Assembly: GCA_028702435.1 (NCBI GenBank)
Contig: JAQVOX010000001.1
Span: 1-59,856, forward strand
DNA from: Desulfotomaculaceae bacterium
GTDB lineage: Bacteria > Bacillota > Desulfotomaculia > Desulfotomaculales > Pelotomaculaceae
Reading direction: 5' to 3'
Length of the DNA: 59,856 nt
The stretch's first letter is position 1. Each line of letters begins with the position of its first letter. The notes under the pieces were generated by a model. That model did not search any database, was not told the DNA's origin, and worked only from the letters and a program-made list of their open reading frames with translations. Shown here piece by piece: positions 58,871 to 59,856 of the stretch. Position numbers and translations under genes: made by a program.

Positions 58871-58899
58871 TTGTCAACAAATGTTTTTTATGTTATACT
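58871..58899 (+). promoter_or_regulatory. sigma-A promoter with extended -10 upstream of rimP-nusA
   Basis: TTGTCA (58871-58876), 17-nt spacer ending in TGT, TATACT (58894-58899). Confidence 0.55.
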
Positions 58900-58935
58900 C
58901 ATAAGGAGTGGCCAAGGGGAGAAATGTGGTTTTCC

Positions 58936-58968
58936 AAAGAGTGGGTAACACCCACTCTTTCGTATTCT
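58936..58968 (+). terminator. leader hairpin (attenuator/terminator) between the promoter and rimP
   Basis: AAAGAGTGGG-taaca-CCCACTCTTT followed by CGTATTCTC, which is a weak U-tract. Confidence 0.6.
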
Positions 58969-59008
58969 CATGGATAACTAAATGAGTGGAATATAGGAGG
59001 GGGACCCA

Positions 59009-59488
59009 GTGGCGGGTAATCGGGTAGTGAAATTAGTGCAACAAACGGCTTTACCCATTGTTCAGGAGGCCGGGATGGAGTTAGTTGATGTTGAGTTTGT
59101 AAAAGAGGGTGGCCGCTGGTACTTACGCATTTTTATAGATAAACCGGGTGGCATCAATCACGAGGACTGCCGGTTTGTTTCAGAAAAGATGGACCGGTTG
59201 CTTGATGAGCATAACCTGGTAGCACACGCTTATGCTTTGGAAGTATCCTCTCCCGGTATTGAAAGGCCGCTCAAACATTTAAATGATTTTAACCGGTTTG
59301 CAGACAGGTTGGCTAACATTACCACTTATACTGCGATTAACGGCCTGAAAAAGTTTCGCTGTCGCCTACAGGGCACACGCGGGGCTGCAGTGGCAATTGA
59401 TATGGGAGGAGTAGACTTCTTAATTCCTTTTGAGCAGATTGCGTCAGCACGGCTGGCAGGGGATTTTAATTGTTCAGGGAGGAAGTAG
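59009..59488 (+). CDS. rimP: ribosome maturation factor RimP
   Basis: GMELVDVEFVKEGGRWYLRIFIDKPGGI, LEVSSPGIERPL. Confidence 0.92.
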   Translation: MAGNRVVKLVQQTALPIVQEAGMELVDVEFVKEGGRWYLRIFIDKPGGINHEDCRFVSEKMDRLLDEHNLVAHAYALEVSSPGIERPLKHLNDFNRFADRLANITTYTAINGLKKFRCRLQGTRGAAVAIDMGGVDFLIPFEQIASARLAGDFNCSGRK

Positions 59489-59489
59489 A

Positions 59490-59856
59490 ATGAATATAGA
59501 ATTTTTAGAAGCCCTGAAAGACCTGGAAAAAGAAAAGGGTATTGCATTAGATGTCTTACTGGAGGCTATTGAGGCCGCGCTATTGTCCGCTTACAAGCGA
59601 AATTTCGGCTCCTTACAGAATGCCCGAGTCCATATTGATCGCGAAACCGGGGATTTTAAGGTTTATACTCAGCGCGCGGTGGTCGGGCAGGTAGAGGACC
59701 CGCGTTTGGAAATAACCGTTGAGGAAGCCCAGAAAATAAATCCCAGCTATGATCTGGACGATATTGTGGAAGATGAGGTTACCCCGCGAAATTTTGGCCG
59801 TATTGCTGCTCAAACAGCTAAGCAGGTAGTCGTTCAGAGAATTCGTGAAGCAGAAA
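59490..59856 (+). CDS. nusA: transcription termination/antitermination factor NusA (3' end beyond window)
   Basis: My own translation is MNIEFLEALKDLEKEKGIALDVLLEAIEAALLSAYKRNF...FGRIAAQTAKQVVVQRIREAE. The ATG at 59490 follows GGGAGGAAG. Confidence 0.95.
   Translation, partial: MNIEFLEALKDLEKEKGIALDVLLEAIEAALLSAYKRNFGSLQNARVHIDRETGDFKVYTQRAVVGQVEDPRLEITVEEAQKINPSYDLDDIVEDEVTPRNFGRIAAQTAKQVVVQRIREAE

Overview
This window looks like a syntenic core-chromosome segment of a spore-forming anaerobic Firmicute. The Clostridia / Peptococcaceae-like assignment is an inference from gene content: spoIIP, a SpoVD-like PBP, intact sigK, ytfJ, a ytvI-like gene, hcp, and ferredoxins. Nearly everything is housekeeping, arranged in Bacillus-like blocks. 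These are alaS-ireB-ruvX-DUF1292-(VanW)-mltG-U32; yqeG-aroE-aroC-aroK-aroB; dprA-topA-trmFO-xerC-hslV-hslU-codY; and rpsB-tsf-pyrH-frr-uppS-cdsA-dxr-rseP-ispG-proS-(GT28)-rimP-nusA. I found no CRISPR array, transposase, prophage or recognisable defence genes. The regions that are not ordinary are listed here in rough order of interest. (1) A minus-strand glutaredoxin/NrdH-like ORF is absent from the ORF track because it has a single in-frame TGA exactly at the first Cys of its CxxC motif, followed by a SECIS-like hairpin, so it is a candidate UxxC selenoprotein. (2) A duplicated operon encodes NifX-like, DUF5320 (one copy extremely Gly/Arg-rich) and ferredoxin-inserted MinD-type ATPase proteins, followed by NifU-like, Mrp/ApbC and gamma-CA-like genes. 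I read it as an uncharacterised metallocluster-handling module. (3) A translationally coupled four-gene operon encodes a LolA-like lipoprotein, a 45-aa CLECIGIG micro-protein, a NapH-like membrane polyferredoxin and a TlpA-like lipoprotein. (4) A perfect GTAAC-N4-GTTAC palindrome lies at -41.5 of a predicted hcp promoter, next to a Crp/Fnr regulator gene. (5) A structured leader resembling a decayed Mn2+ (yybP-ykoY-type) riboswitch precedes a frameshifted UPF0016 remnant. (6) A MerR-type regulator carries a six-Cys C-terminal domain. Several starts in the supplied ORF track were moved to internal start codons with better RBS spacing. All functional calls come from motif and family recognition by eye, and no searches were run.
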